NCBI GenBank assembly: GCA_026004535.1
Contig: BPJI01000001.1
Span: 497,424-556,583 of the forward strand
Origin: Candidatus Parcubacteria bacterium
GTDB taxonomy: Bacteria > Patescibacteriota > Minisyncoccia > UBA6257 > HR35
Length of the DNA: 59,160 bases
Direction of reading: 5' to 3'
A model generated the notes under the pieces. The model saw only the letters and a list, made by a program, of their open reading frames with translations. It did no database searches and had not been told where the DNA came from. Position numbers and translations under genes: made by a program. How positions within the stretch are numbered: the stretch's first letter is position 1; each line of letters opens with the position of its first letter. Positions 39,858 through 49,278 of this stretch are shown piece after piece.

Positions 39858-40553
39858 ATGAACAAAATTATAATAGTTAAAAATTTAACCAAAATATATG
39901 AAGACAAGGTTCCAACGCTCGCTCTGGATAATATTAATTTAGAAATAGAAGATGGTTATGTTTATAGTATTTATGGTCAATCGGGCAGTGGCAAAACTAC
40001 CTTGCTAAACATGCTTGGCTGCCTTGATTCGCCTACTTCAGGCGAAATCATCATTGATAATCAAAATATTAACAATCTAGATCAAAAAGAGTTAGCTGAT
40101 TTTAGAAACAAAAAAATAGGTTTTATATTTCAATTTCATTACCTAATTCCAGAATTCAATATACTAGAAAATATTTTAATGCCATTTTATATTTCAAAAA
40201 GCAAAATTAAAAATGTCAATGAGGCAAAAAGTAAAGCAATAGAATTAGCTAAAATTACTGACATTGAAGATATTTTATTTAAATATCCGGATTATGTTTC
40301 TGGGGGGCAAAGACAAAGAGCTGCAATTTGCAGAGCCTTAATCAATGAACCGAAAATAGTTTTAGCGGATGAACCAACGGGTAATTTAGATTCAAAAAAT
40401 ACTGAGATTATTATAAATTTATTCATGAAAATCAACAAAATTAAAAAAACGACTTTTCTTATTGTTACTCATAATGAAAAGATAGCAAATAACTGTAAAG
40501 AAAAAATAGAATTAAGGGATGGTAAAATATTTAATATAACAAAAAATTATTAA
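39858..40553 (+). CDS. ABC transporter ATP-binding protein (LolD-like)
   Basis: Walker A GQSGSGKTT, signature VSGGQRQRAAICRAL, Walker [12 protein letters not shown]. Confidence 0.92.
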   Translation: MNKIIIVKNLTKIYEDKVPTLALDNINLEIEDGYVYSIYGQSGSGKTTLLNMLGCLDSPTSGEIIIDNQNINNLDQKELADFRNKKIGFIFQFHYLIPEFNILENILMPFYISKSKIKNVNEAKSKAIELAKITDIEDILFKYPDYVSGGQRQRAAICRALINEPKIVLADEPTGNLDSKNTEIIINLFMKINKIKKTTFLIVTHNEKIANNCKEKIELRDGKIFNITKNY

Positions 40554-40557
40554 ATCA

Positions 40558-41586
40558 ATGATGAATATTAATAAATTTAAAAAGAATTTTGATAAAAAAT
40601 TCATTAAATTTCTTAATCAAAAATTGAAAAAGGATTTTGTTTTTATTAAAAATCTAGATCTAAAACTATATTTCGATCACATCATTTCTTTAGCAAAAGA
40701 AGGCAAACGTCTTAGACCGTTTATTTTTTATTTGATTCTAAAATCTTTAAATAAAAAAATTGATCAAAATGGTTTCAAAATAATGATTGCCCTAGAATTA
40801 ATTCATTTATTTGCCCTAATTCAAGATGATGTTATGGATAAAGCTAAAACCAGAAGAGAGATTTTAACTTTAAATGAATTTATTTTTCAAAATTCAAAAC
40901 TTTATAATCCAAAAAATAAAAGAGATTATTCAAATAATGTAAGCATTTTACTAAGCGATATTATTTTTAATATTTTTTATAATCATATCTCAAATCTGCC
41001 GCCTCAAATTAAAAATGAATTTTATATCATGATTAATGAAGTTTTGGTTGGACAATTTTTAGATTTATATTTAGCCAATGAACCCAAATTAAATTCAAAT
41101 ATTAATGATATCAAAAATAAAAATCTCCTAAAAACGGCAAGCTACACCTTTGTCAGGCCAATGACTATTGCTAGCATTTTTTGCAATCTAAATAAAAAAG
41201 AAATTGAAAAAATAAAAAAAATTGGATTTTTAATTGGTAATATTTTTCAAATTCAAGATGATTTATTTGATTATTATTTATCAAAACAAGACAAAGATAG
41301 ATTTAATGATATTAAAGAAGGCCAAAAAACTTATATTACCTATTATTTATTAAATAAAACTAAATATGGGGCAATCATGAAAAAACTCTTTTATAAAAAG
41401 CTAAACTATCAAGAAAAAAAATTTTTAAATGAATTAATTTTTAAAAATAAAGTTGATAAATATATTCAGAATGAAATTAACCTGAATCATAAAAAGGCAA
41501 AAATCTTAATTAATCAAATAAAAAATAAAAAACTCAAAAATAATTTAGATTATCTTTTAAATTTAATACATCAACGACAGCAATGA
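40558..41586 (+). CDS. polyprenyl diphosphate synthase (GGPP/FPP synthase family)
   Basis: 342 aa; first DDxxD LIQDDVMD and second QIQDDLFD. Confidence 0.85.
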   Translation: MMNINKFKKNFDKKFIKFLNQKLKKDFVFIKNLDLKLYFDHIISLAKEGKRLRPFIFYLILKSLNKKIDQNGFKIMIALELIHLFALIQDDVMDKAKTRREILTLNEFIFQNSKLYNPKNKRDYSNNVSILLSDIIFNIFYNHISNLPPQIKNEFYIMINEVLVGQFLDLYLANEPKLNSNINDIKNKNLLKTASYTFVRPMTIASIFCNLNKKEIEKIKKIGFLIGNIFQIQDDLFDYYLSKQDKDRFNDIKEGQKTYITYYLLNKTKYGAIMKKLFYKKLNYQEKKFLNELIFKNKVDKYIQNEINLNHKKAKILINQIKNKKLKNNLDYLLNLIHQRQQ

Positions 41587-42443
41587 ATCAAAAAATTGAA
41601 CAGAAACTTAAAAAGGTAATGTTTTCTTATGGAAAACATTATTATCATGCCACCTTATTTTTCCCTAAAAAAATTAGAAATCAGGTAATAATTTTATATG
41701 CTTTTGTTCGTCGGCTTGATAATATTGTTGATGATTTTAATTTAACCGTGGAAGAGAAAATAGAAAAATTTAAGGAATGGGAATCAGAATGGTTAAATGT
41801 GATAAACGGAAGAGAATCAAAGTTTGAAGAGTTAAATTTATTTTATGAAATAGTTAAAGAGAAAAATATTGATATGGAATATATTGAAGCATTTATCAGA
41901 AGTATGAGATATGATTTAAAGCCAGTAAGGATTAAAACATTTGATGAATTAAAAGAATATATATTCGGTTCGGCAGTAGTTGTTGGTTATTTTATGCTTT
42001 ACATTTTTGATTACTTTAGAGAGGAATTAAAAGAATATGCAGCTGCTTTAGCTGAAGCGATGCAATTAACAAATTTCATCAGAGATATTAAGGAAGATTT
42101 AAGATTAAACAGAATTTACATTCCTGAAGAAATCTACTCTAAATTTAATATTAATGAAAAAGATTTTTTTGATTTTAATTCTAATAAAAACTTTAAAGAT
42201 TTAGTAAAATATTTAATTGAGATTAACTTTAATATGTATCAAAAAGCAAATCAAGGTATAAAAATTTTACCGTCCAAAGTTCGTTTTCCAGTATTATATG
42301 CCTCAGAATTATATAGTTCAATTTTAGATGAAATAAAGAATAATAAATATGATGTTTTTAATTTTAGTTATAAATTAAGAACTAGAAGAAAATTTTCTAG
42401 TCTTTTAAAAACACTATTAAATTTTATCACCAACAAATACTAA
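41583..42443 (+). CDS. crtB: phytoene/squalene synthase family protein
   Basis: 286 aa; YAFVRRLDNIVDD and QLTNFIRDIKEDL Asp-rich motifs; 4-nt overlap with the upstream gene. Confidence 0.8.
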   Translation: MNQKIEQKLKKVMFSYGKHYYHATLFFPKKIRNQVIILYAFVRRLDNIVDDFNLTVEEKIEKFKEWESEWLNVINGRESKFEELNLFYEIVKEKNIDMEYIEAFIRSMRYDLKPVRIKTFDELKEYIFGSAVVVGYFMLYIFDYFREELKEYAAALAEAMQLTNFIRDIKEDLRLNRIYIPEEIYSKFNINEKDFFDFNSNKNFKDLVKYLIEINFNMYQKANQGIKILPSKVRFPVLYASELYSSILDEIKNNKYDVFNFSYKLRTRRKFSSLLKTLLNFITNKY

Positions 42444-42449
42444 ATAGCA

Positions 42450-43949
42450 ATGGAAAAGAAAAGAGCAATTATTATCGGTTCGGGGGTGGGTGGATTGTCT
42501 GCCGGAGCACTACTTGCTAAAAAAGGATTTGAGGTTTTAATTTTCGAAAAAAATCAAAATTTCGGAGGAAGAGTAAATTTTTTTAATGGCAATGGCCATC
42601 TTTTTGATATGGGGCCATCTTGGATCTTAATGGAAGATATTTTTGAAGATTTTTTCAAATTGTTCAATAAAAATTTTTACAAAGATTTAAATATCATAAA
42701 ACTAGATCCGTCATTTAAGATAGTTTTTGATGATAAAACGAGTGTGGCAATTTATTCTGGACTAGATATAAACAGAGAAACTTTTGAAAATTTAGAAAAG
42801 GGTTCTTTTAAAAAAATAAAGGAATATATAAATTTACAAGAAAAGATATATAAGATAATAAAAAACGAGTATATTTTTAATGACATCAATTCTCTGTTCG
42901 GATTAGTTAATCCAAAATTTTTCAGCATTTTTTTAAAAACCAATCCTCTTACTAGTGCTCACAATAAACTAAGGAAGATATTTAAAAACGAAAAAATTTT
43001 AAAAATATTAGAGTTTGATTTTCTATTTTTAGGAACGGACCCTAAAAAAGCGCCATCGGTGTATGGAATTATTAATTATTTTTTATTTAAACAGGGAGTC
43101 TTTTATCCACTTGGAGGAATTTATAAAATTGTTGAATCTCTACTACAGATTTTAAAAGAAAACAATGCTAAATTATTCAATAATACGCCAGTTAAGAAAA
43201 TTTTAGTTAAAGACAATGAGGTTAAGGGAGTTTTGTTAGAGAACGGCGAAACTATTTTAGCTGACTATGTTATCTCAAACGCTGATTTATTTCATACCCA
43301 AATCAATTTATTAGAGGAAAAATATCGAGATTACGATGAAAATTATTTTAAAAAATTAGAACTGGCTCCTTCTGGATTTATTCTTTATGTAGGACTTAAA
43401 GAAAAATTAGACCAATTTATTCATCATAATTTTTATTTTTCCAAAGATTGGGATTTGAATTTTAAGCAAATTTTCAACTACAACAATCTTCCAGATGATC
43501 CATCTTTTTATATTTGTTCAGCTTCAAAAAGTGACCCGACTGTCTCCCCCAAAAATAAAGATCAGCTTTTTATTTTAGTTCCAATATCTAGCGGACAATA
43601 CTTGAATAAAAAATCAATAAGTATCTTTAAAGAAAAAATTTACAAAACCATAGAAGATAAATTTGAAGTTAAAGACATCAAAGATTTGATTGAATTTGAA
43701 AGAATATATACTCCTTTTGATTTTATAAGAGATTACAATGCTCATGAAGGGACAGCTTTAGGAGTTATTCATAATTTAAAACAAACGATTTTTAGACCAA
43801 AAATTAAAAGCAGAAAGGTTAAAAATTTATATTATGTTGGTCAGTATACTTATCCGGGCATTGGGGTGCCAATGGTATTAGTTTCTGGACAGATTGTTTA
43901 TAAAAAGATTTTAAACATCAGAAAAGGCGGACCTATTTTAAAAATTTAA
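42450..43949 (+). CDS. crtI: phytoene desaturase-type FAD oxidoreductase
   Basis: 499 aa; N-terminal IIGSGVGGLSAGALLAKKGFEVLIFEKN..GGR; C-terminal YYVGQYTYPGIGVPMVLVSG. Confidence 0.85.
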   Translation: MEKKRAIIIGSGVGGLSAGALLAKKGFEVLIFEKNQNFGGRVNFFNGNGHLFDMGPSWILMEDIFEDFFKLFNKNFYKDLNIIKLDPSFKIVFDDKTSVAIYSGLDINRETFENLEKGSFKKIKEYINLQEKIYKIIKNEYIFNDINSLFGLVNPKFFSIFLKTNPLTSAHNKLRKIFKNEKILKILEFDFLFLGTDPKKAPSVYGIINYFLFKQGVFYPLGGIYKIVESLLQILKENNAKLFNNTPVKKILVKDNEVKGVLLENGETILADYVISNADLFHTQINLLEEKYRDYDENYFKKLELAPSGFILYVGLKEKLDQFIHHNFYFSKDWDLNFKQIFNYNNLPDDPSFYICSASKSDPTVSPKNKDQLFILVPISSGQYLNKKSISIFKEKIYKTIEDKFEVKDIKDLIEFERIYTPFDFIRDYNAHEGTALGVIHNLKQTIFRPKIKSRKVKNLYYVGQYTYPGIGVPMVLVSGQIVYKKILNIRKGGPILKI

Positions 43950-44843
43950 TCCTCCGAACTTAACCGTCATATAATAAATGGACCAGAGCATCGGCAAAAT
44001 AGTGTTAATGTAGGGAAAATACTTGTAAAGTTTCATTATTTTTTGATTATCATCGTAATTTTTTAAAGATAAAATCATTAGAACTAAATAAGGTACAGCT
44101 CCTAAAATAAAGATTTTTTTTATATTAGATAAAATCAAAAACGAGGAAAGATAAAGTAATAGACATAAAATTATCGTTTTTTTAGCGCCAAGAAATGTAG
44201 CAATAGTTGATACTTTTGCTTCCCTATCAAATTTTATGTCTAGAACAGCTGAATAGGCATGCATTGCCATCGCCCACAGAATACCAAAAACAAAAGCAAA
44301 AATTGGAAAGTCGATATTTTCTCTTTCTATAAGATAATATCCAAAAATACCAGTGAAAACATAGTGACTGGCTGAAAAAAATGAATCTAAAATTGGTATA
44401 GTTTTTGCTCTGATTGGCTTGGCAGAATAAAAAATAGCAAAAAATAAAAATAATAAGAAAAAGAGGTTTTGGATTAAGTTAAGATTTAAAAATGAATATA
44501 TTAGAAAAGGTAGATTAAAAATCAGAATATAAAAATAAACTTCTTTATGATATTCTGGTAAAAGTAATTTCTCATAACCAGCCTTTTTAGGGTTATTTTT
44601 ATCAGTTTCATAATCAAAGATATCATTAATTCCGTAGATTAAAAGATTCGCTGGGAAAAGAAAGTAAAAAAGAAAAACAAAAAAGTTTGGGTTTAAGAAG
44701 TCATCCAAGCTTCTTGTTGCTACTAAATAACCTATGAAAAATGTTCCCGCCTCATATATCCAAAATCGAAATCTGGAAATTTTAATCAAGAATTTAAATT
44801 TAAAAACAATTTTCGATAAAAGATTTCTTTTGATCATATCCAT
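43938..44843 (-). CDS. UbiA-family prenyltransferase (candidate lycopene elongase-type enzyme)
   Basis: 301 aa polytopic; NDIFDYETDKNNPKK Asp-rich motif; adjacent to carotenoid genes. Confidence 0.65.
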   Translation of the reverse strand: MDMIKRNLLSKIVFKFKFLIKISRFRFWIYEAGTFFIGYLVATRSLDDFLNPNFFVFLFYFLFPANLLIYGINDIFDYETDKNNPKKAGYEKLLLPEYHKEVYFYILIFNLPFLIYSFLNLNLIQNLFFLLFLFFAIFYSAKPIRAKTIPILDSFFSASHYVFTGIFGYYLIERENIDFPIFAFVFGILWAMAMHAYSAVLDIKFDREAKVSTIATFLGAKKTIILCLLLYLSSFLILSNIKKIFILGAVPYLVLMILSLKNYDDNQKIMKLYKYFPYINTILPMLWSIYYMTVKFGGLNF

Positions 44844-46132
44844 AGATTTTTAATTTTTTTAATTTGTTCATAGTGATTTACTATCGGTTTATGATAAGGT
44901 AATTTATTTTTAAGTGGATTATGAATTAATTTTGGATCGAGATTTTTTAGTTCTGGTATATAAGTTTTGATATATTTAGCTTCAGGATCAAATTTTTCAG
45001 ATTGTATCATTGGATTAAAAATTCTTAAAGGTCGTGGATCTGGGCCAACAGAAGCACACCACTGCCAATTTCCAACATTAACTATTTCATCATAATCAAT
45101 TAAATAGTCTTTAAAAAATTTTTCTCCAATTCGCCAATCAATTAATAAATCTTTAGTTAAAAAATTAGCAACAATCATTCTCACTCGATTATGCATCCAA
45201 TTTTCAGTTTTTAATTGTCTAATTCCAGCATCTATGATTGGATAACCAGTTTGAGCATTTAAAAATTTATCTAATAATTTAGAATCATTATTCCAATTTA
45301 TATTCCTTCTTTTTTCTTGAAACTCTAAATTATTAAAATAATTAAAATTATGTTTAATATGATACCAAAATTCTCTCCAAGCTAATTCTTGAACATAAGA
45401 TTGATTTAATTTTGATGTTAAGTTATAAATCTTTCTAACTGAAATTAGACCAAATCTAATATAAGGTGAAAGCTTTGATGTTCCATCCAATGAAGGGAAA
45501 TTTCGATTTTTATCATAATCTTTAAAATTAAACTCTTTTAATCTTTTAATACCAAATTCATAATTCCAGAAATTATTTTGGTAATCTATCTCTTTATTTT
45601 TAATTAACAAATCGTCAATTTTATCTAAGTTTAAATTTAAGATTTTCTTATTAAGTTCATCCAAATTTACATTCACTTCTTGATTATCAATAAAATTTAA
45701 CCACTTTTTGTAAAATGGAGTAAAAACTTTAGTGTATGGAATTAAACGAAAATCAGCTAAAAAATTATCAAAAATTTTATTAAAAGTAACTCTATATTTT
45801 AAACATACTTTTTCTATCCTTTTGTCTCTCTTTTCGCCTTGCCAAGAAAAAGATTCAGCTGTATATAAAGCATCAGGTTTATATTTTAGAAATAAAAATT
45901 CTAAAAACTCATCGTCTTCGCCATAAAAAACATATAGATTAATTTTTTCAGATAATTTTTTTACGCCATCAATGATTAAACCCAACTTTTGATTATAACT
46001 ATTGAATTCTTTCAAAATTGATTTATTAAAAATAAATATAGGTATTAATTCCTTTGAATTTTTAAAAGCTTCATATAAAACTCTGTTATCCTCTGTTCTT
46101 AAATCCCTTTTAAATAATACTATTGAGCGCAT
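44834..46132 (-). CDS. phr: deoxyribodipyrimidine photolyase
   Basis: 432 aa; LFKRDLRTEDNRVL N-terminus; WMHNRVRMIVANFLTKDLLIDWRIGEKFF..DYDEIVNVGNWQW. Confidence 0.9.
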   Translation of the reverse strand: MRSIVLFKRDLRTEDNRVLYEAFKNSKELIPIFIFNKSILKEFNSYNQKLGLIIDGVKKLSEKINLYVFYGEDDEFLEFLFLKYKPDALYTAESFSWQGEKRDKRIEKVCLKYRVTFNKIFDNFLADFRLIPYTKVFTPFYKKWLNFIDNQEVNVNLDELNKKILNLNLDKIDDLLIKNKEIDYQNNFWNYEFGIKRLKEFNFKDYDKNRNFPSLDGTSKLSPYIRFGLISVRKIYNLTSKLNQSYVQELAWREFWYHIKHNFNYFNNLEFQEKRRNINWNNDSKLLDKFLNAQTGYPIIDAGIRQLKTENWMHNRVRMIVANFLTKDLLIDWRIGEKFFKDYLIDYDEIVNVGNWQWCASVGPDPRPLRIFNPMIQSEKFDPEAKYIKTYIPELKNLDPKLIHNPLKNKLPYHKPIVNHYEQIKKIKNLWI

Positions 46133-47049
46133 TCTAAAAATCTAAATTTATTCCAGTTATTAATAAATCTTTTTATCGCTAGTTCTTTCTTTTTTGCTTC
46201 AAATAAAATATCAATCTTTATCTTTTGGGATTTAGAATTTTCGCTCAAAAAATTTAAAAAATTTAAGAAATCTTTGAAATTAACATAATCAGCATGACCA
46301 TATCTATTTATTTTTGATCCGGAAGAAATATGCATCTCTGGAATTCTATTGCCCCAAGTTTCAATTAAATCTATTAGAGAAAAAACAGAGTGATTAAGTT
46401 GATGATGAAACCAATCAAAAACAACAGGCAAAGATAATTCGTTGGCAATTTCAATTAATTCTTTAACGTGATAACACTTCTCGTCGTTCTCTATGGCTAA
46501 TCTTGATTTTAACCAATTATTTATTTTTATATTCTTTATGAAAATTTTTTTAGTTTTTTCTTTATCACCATAAATACCACCGAGATGAATAACTACGATC
46601 GAATTTTCGTCTAATCCCAATTCGTCTAAAAGCCAAAAATGATACTTTATTTCATTTAGTGATCTTTTAACAATAGATTTATTTTCTGTTGATAAAATGG
46701 TATATTGTCCAGGATGCATAGTAATTCTTATGTTAAATTTTTTTATTTCTTCTAAGTAATTATTTATCAGCTTTCTAATATCCTTTAGCCATTCTTTATT
46801 GAAATTTGGATGACTGGCAAAAGGTATAAATTGACTGCCCAATCTAAAAATACCACAGTTGAGTTTTTTGCTTAATTTGAGTAATTCGATAAAATCTTCT
46901 AAATTTTTTTCAACTGTGTTTAAAATATTTTTCTTATTTAAGTTTTTTAAACGAAATGAATGATTTGTTGATAAATAAGATTTATAGGTAGAACAAATAA
47001 ATCCATAATTGAATTTTATATTTTTAAAAGATATCATTAAGTTAATCAA
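46120..47049 (-). CDS. uvdE: UV damage endonuclease
   Basis: 309 aa; FRLGSQFIPFASHP, MHPGQYTILST, VVIHLGG, ENDE motif (AIENDEKCY). Confidence 0.8.
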   Translation of the reverse strand: MINLMISFKNIKFNYGFICSTYKSYLSTNHSFRLKNLNKKNILNTVEKNLEDFIELLKLSKKLNCGIFRLGSQFIPFASHPNFNKEWLKDIRKLINNYLEEIKKFNIRITMHPGQYTILSTENKSIVKRSLNEIKYHFWLLDELGLDENSIVVIHLGGIYGDKEKTKKIFIKNIKINNWLKSRLAIENDEKCYHVKELIEIANELSLPVVFDWFHHQLNHSVFSLIDLIETWGNRIPEMHISSGSKINRYGHADYVNFKDFLNFLNFLSENSKSQKIKIDILFEAKKKELAIKRFINNWNKFRFLECAQ

Positions 47050-47055
47050 TAAAAT

Positions 47056-47532
47056 CTATTTATTAATTAACAAGCTTAGGTCATCTAAAACTTCTTTAGC
47101 GTGAATCGCTGGTTTAACATTTTCATAAATTTTTACTATTTTACCTTGTGGATTAATTAAAAATGATGTTCTTGATATTCCTTCGTATTCTATACCCATA
47201 AATTTTTTCTTTCCCCAAACGCCATATTTTTTAACAACCTCTTTTTTATCATCAGCAAGCAAAGTGAATGGTAATTTATATTTTTGAGCAAATTTTTTAT
47301 GTGATTCAACTGTATCACTACTTATTCCTAAAACAGTAATATTTAATTTTTCGAATGCTGGAAAATTATCCCGAATAGCACATGCTTCTTTAATACAACC
47401 AGGAGTATTATCCTTTGGATAAAAATAAACTAAAACCCATTTACCTTTATAATCTGAAAGTCTATGAAAATCACCATTTTGATCTTTTAATTTAAAATCC
47501 GGTGCTGGTTGATCAATTTTTAGTTTCGTCAT
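47056..47532 (-). CDS. bcp: peroxiredoxin (Bcp-type thiol peroxidase)
   Basis: 158 aa; VLVYFYPKDNTPGCIKEAC active-site motif. Confidence 0.9.
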   Translation of the reverse strand: MTKLKIDQPAPDFKLKDQNGDFHRLSDYKGKWVLVYFYPKDNTPGCIKEACAIRDNFPAFEKLNITVLGISSDTVESHKKFAQKYKLPFTLLADDKKEVVKKYGVWGKKKFMGIEYEGISRTSFLINPQGKIVKIYENVKPAIHAKEVLDDLSLLINK

Positions 47533-47878
47533 TCCTCTTTGTTAATTTTAAATGATAGAAGAAAATTGGGATGCCGACAATTAACATTGCTAAAGAATTA
47601 GCAGCTTTTCTTTGTTTTTCAATTTCTCTTTGCTTTATTTCAAATTGCCTTTGCTCTTCTTGTTGTTTTTTAATTTCTTCTTCGGTTAGTTCTTTACCTT
47701 CGGGTCCAACTGGTTTTGGATATACAGGATAAACAATTACTTCCTCAGCTTTTTTAAAAATAAAAGTTTTTAACCCCAAATCAATCAACTGAACAGAACC
47801 AACAATTATTAAGGTTAAACCAATAAGCGTCGCTAAATAAAGATAAATATTTTTAATTAGTTCTTTTTTTTCAGTCAT
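47513..47878 (-). CDS. small two-TM membrane protein, unknown function
   Basis: 121-aa ORF, TM helices at both ends, charged central segment. Confidence 0.45.
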   Translation of the reverse strand: MTEKKELIKNIYLYLATLIGLTLIIVGSVQLIDLGLKTFIFKKAEEVIVYPVYPKPVGPEGKELTEEEIKKQQEEQRQFEIKQREIEKQRKAANSLAMLIVGIPIFFYHLKLTKRNDETKN

Positions 47879-47880
47879 TT

Positions 47881-49173
47881 TTAATATTGCCTCAATGGCA
47901 AAGTTTCCCTAATTCGACACTCTCCTTTATAAGATATATCTACTCCAGCAGCTTTTGCCATACATTCATTGGAATAAGTTTTGCCATCAGTGCCGCAAAC
48001 AGGATTCCATTCTTGGGTGCAAAAAATTGACTCTCTTTCTTGTTTTTCAAGAGGGATTGGTTCTGTTTGGGTTGCTGGTTTTGCCTTAAGTAAATCTTCA
48101 TCACTCGGAATAGAGGTTGATCTTATTGGAGGAGTTTTTCTCAAGGGAGTTCTAGGTTCTGTGGGTTCAGTATATGTCGGTACAGGTAATGTTCTTAATG
48201 GAATTTCAATTGGTTCTGTTTGAGTTACTGTTTTTGCTTCTTGAAGTTTTGTTTTTAGTTCTTTGATTGCTTCAATTTTTATTTCTGAATCAACAATAAT
48301 TGGTCTTTGAGAAACTGGTAATGGTGTTTTTGTTTTTTCTTCTAATTCTTTAATTACTTTTCCGATTGCTTGCTTTTCTACTGGTACTCCGTTAATCTCA
48401 TACCAATTTTCTGAAGATTTAGCAGCTTGCCAATTTTGAGCGCTTTGAATTTTTCCTTCTTCAATCAATCTCTTTTCAATATTTTCTTTTGCTGTTTCAA
48501 TTCCTTTTTTAGCTTCTTCTGGTAGTTTTTCTTCAATTCTAGTTAAAACTTCTAAGGCTTTTAGTTCTTTTATTCCTTCTTCATAAGGTAAATTATTTAA
48601 AGCATTCTCGATTCCTGCTTGAGCTGCTCTCCAAGATTTATCAACTTGATTAGCAGTTACAGCATCAGAAGCTTGTCTTGCTGGAATAATGTCATCTATT
48701 ATAAGTTTGTCACGCTCTTTAGCGATCAATTCATCAAATAAGATTAAGTGACGAGTGTTTCTTTCAGTAATTTTAGTAATTAATTCTTCAACCTTTGGAT
48801 TAACTTCTAAATTTTTAATTCTATTTGCCAATCTTTCTTGTGATTTAACGTAATTTTGAACTGCTTTTTGTAAAGCTTCTTTGCTTTTTGATGTTTCATA
48901 TACTTTAACTAATTCAACTAATTTTTCATCAGCAATTTGTGATTCTAAATCTACTTTTTTAACTGGATCAAAAGTAAAGAAAAGCTTAATACCTCGCCAC
49001 CATTCTTTAGCAAAATAAAATGGACTAGTGGGAAGGAGACCTACTTTATTAGTATAGCCAGTTGCCGATCCACCTGATACTAATCGTTGCGATATATTTT
49101 CCTGTTCCTGCGCCCAAACAATTTGACTTAAAATTAATATTCCTAAAATTAGAAAAATTGATATTTTCTTCAT
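47881..49173 (-). CDS. secreted protein with C-terminal Kazal-type domain
   Basis: 430 aa; signal peptide; C-terminal CTQEWNPVCGTDGKTYSNECMAKAAGVDISYKGEC fits the Kazal cysteine pattern. Confidence 0.7.
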   Translation of the reverse strand: MKKISIFLILGILILSQIVWAQEQENISQRLVSGGSATGYTNKVGLLPTSPFYFAKEWWRGIKLFFTFDPVKKVDLESQIADEKLVELVKVYETSKSKEALQKAVQNYVKSQERLANRIKNLEVNPKVEELITKITERNTRHLILFDELIAKERDKLIIDDIIPARQASDAVTANQVDKSWRAAQAGIENALNNLPYEEGIKELKALEVLTRIEEKLPEEAKKGIETAKENIEKRLIEEGKIQSAQNWQAAKSSENWYEINGVPVEKQAIGKVIKELEEKTKTPLPVSQRPIIVDSEIKIEAIKELKTKLQEAKTVTQTEPIEIPLRTLPVPTYTEPTEPRTPLRKTPPIRSTSIPSDEDLLKAKPATQTEPIPLEKQERESIFCTQEWNPVCGTDGKTYSNECMAKAAGVDISYKGECRIRETLPLRQY

Positions 49174-49278
49174 ATTTTTTTATAGTTGATTTTTTTTAAA
49201 TTCTCGATTATTTAATTAATTTAATTATACTATATAATTATTTTATAAAAATATAATAATTTTATAAATGTCAAGTTT

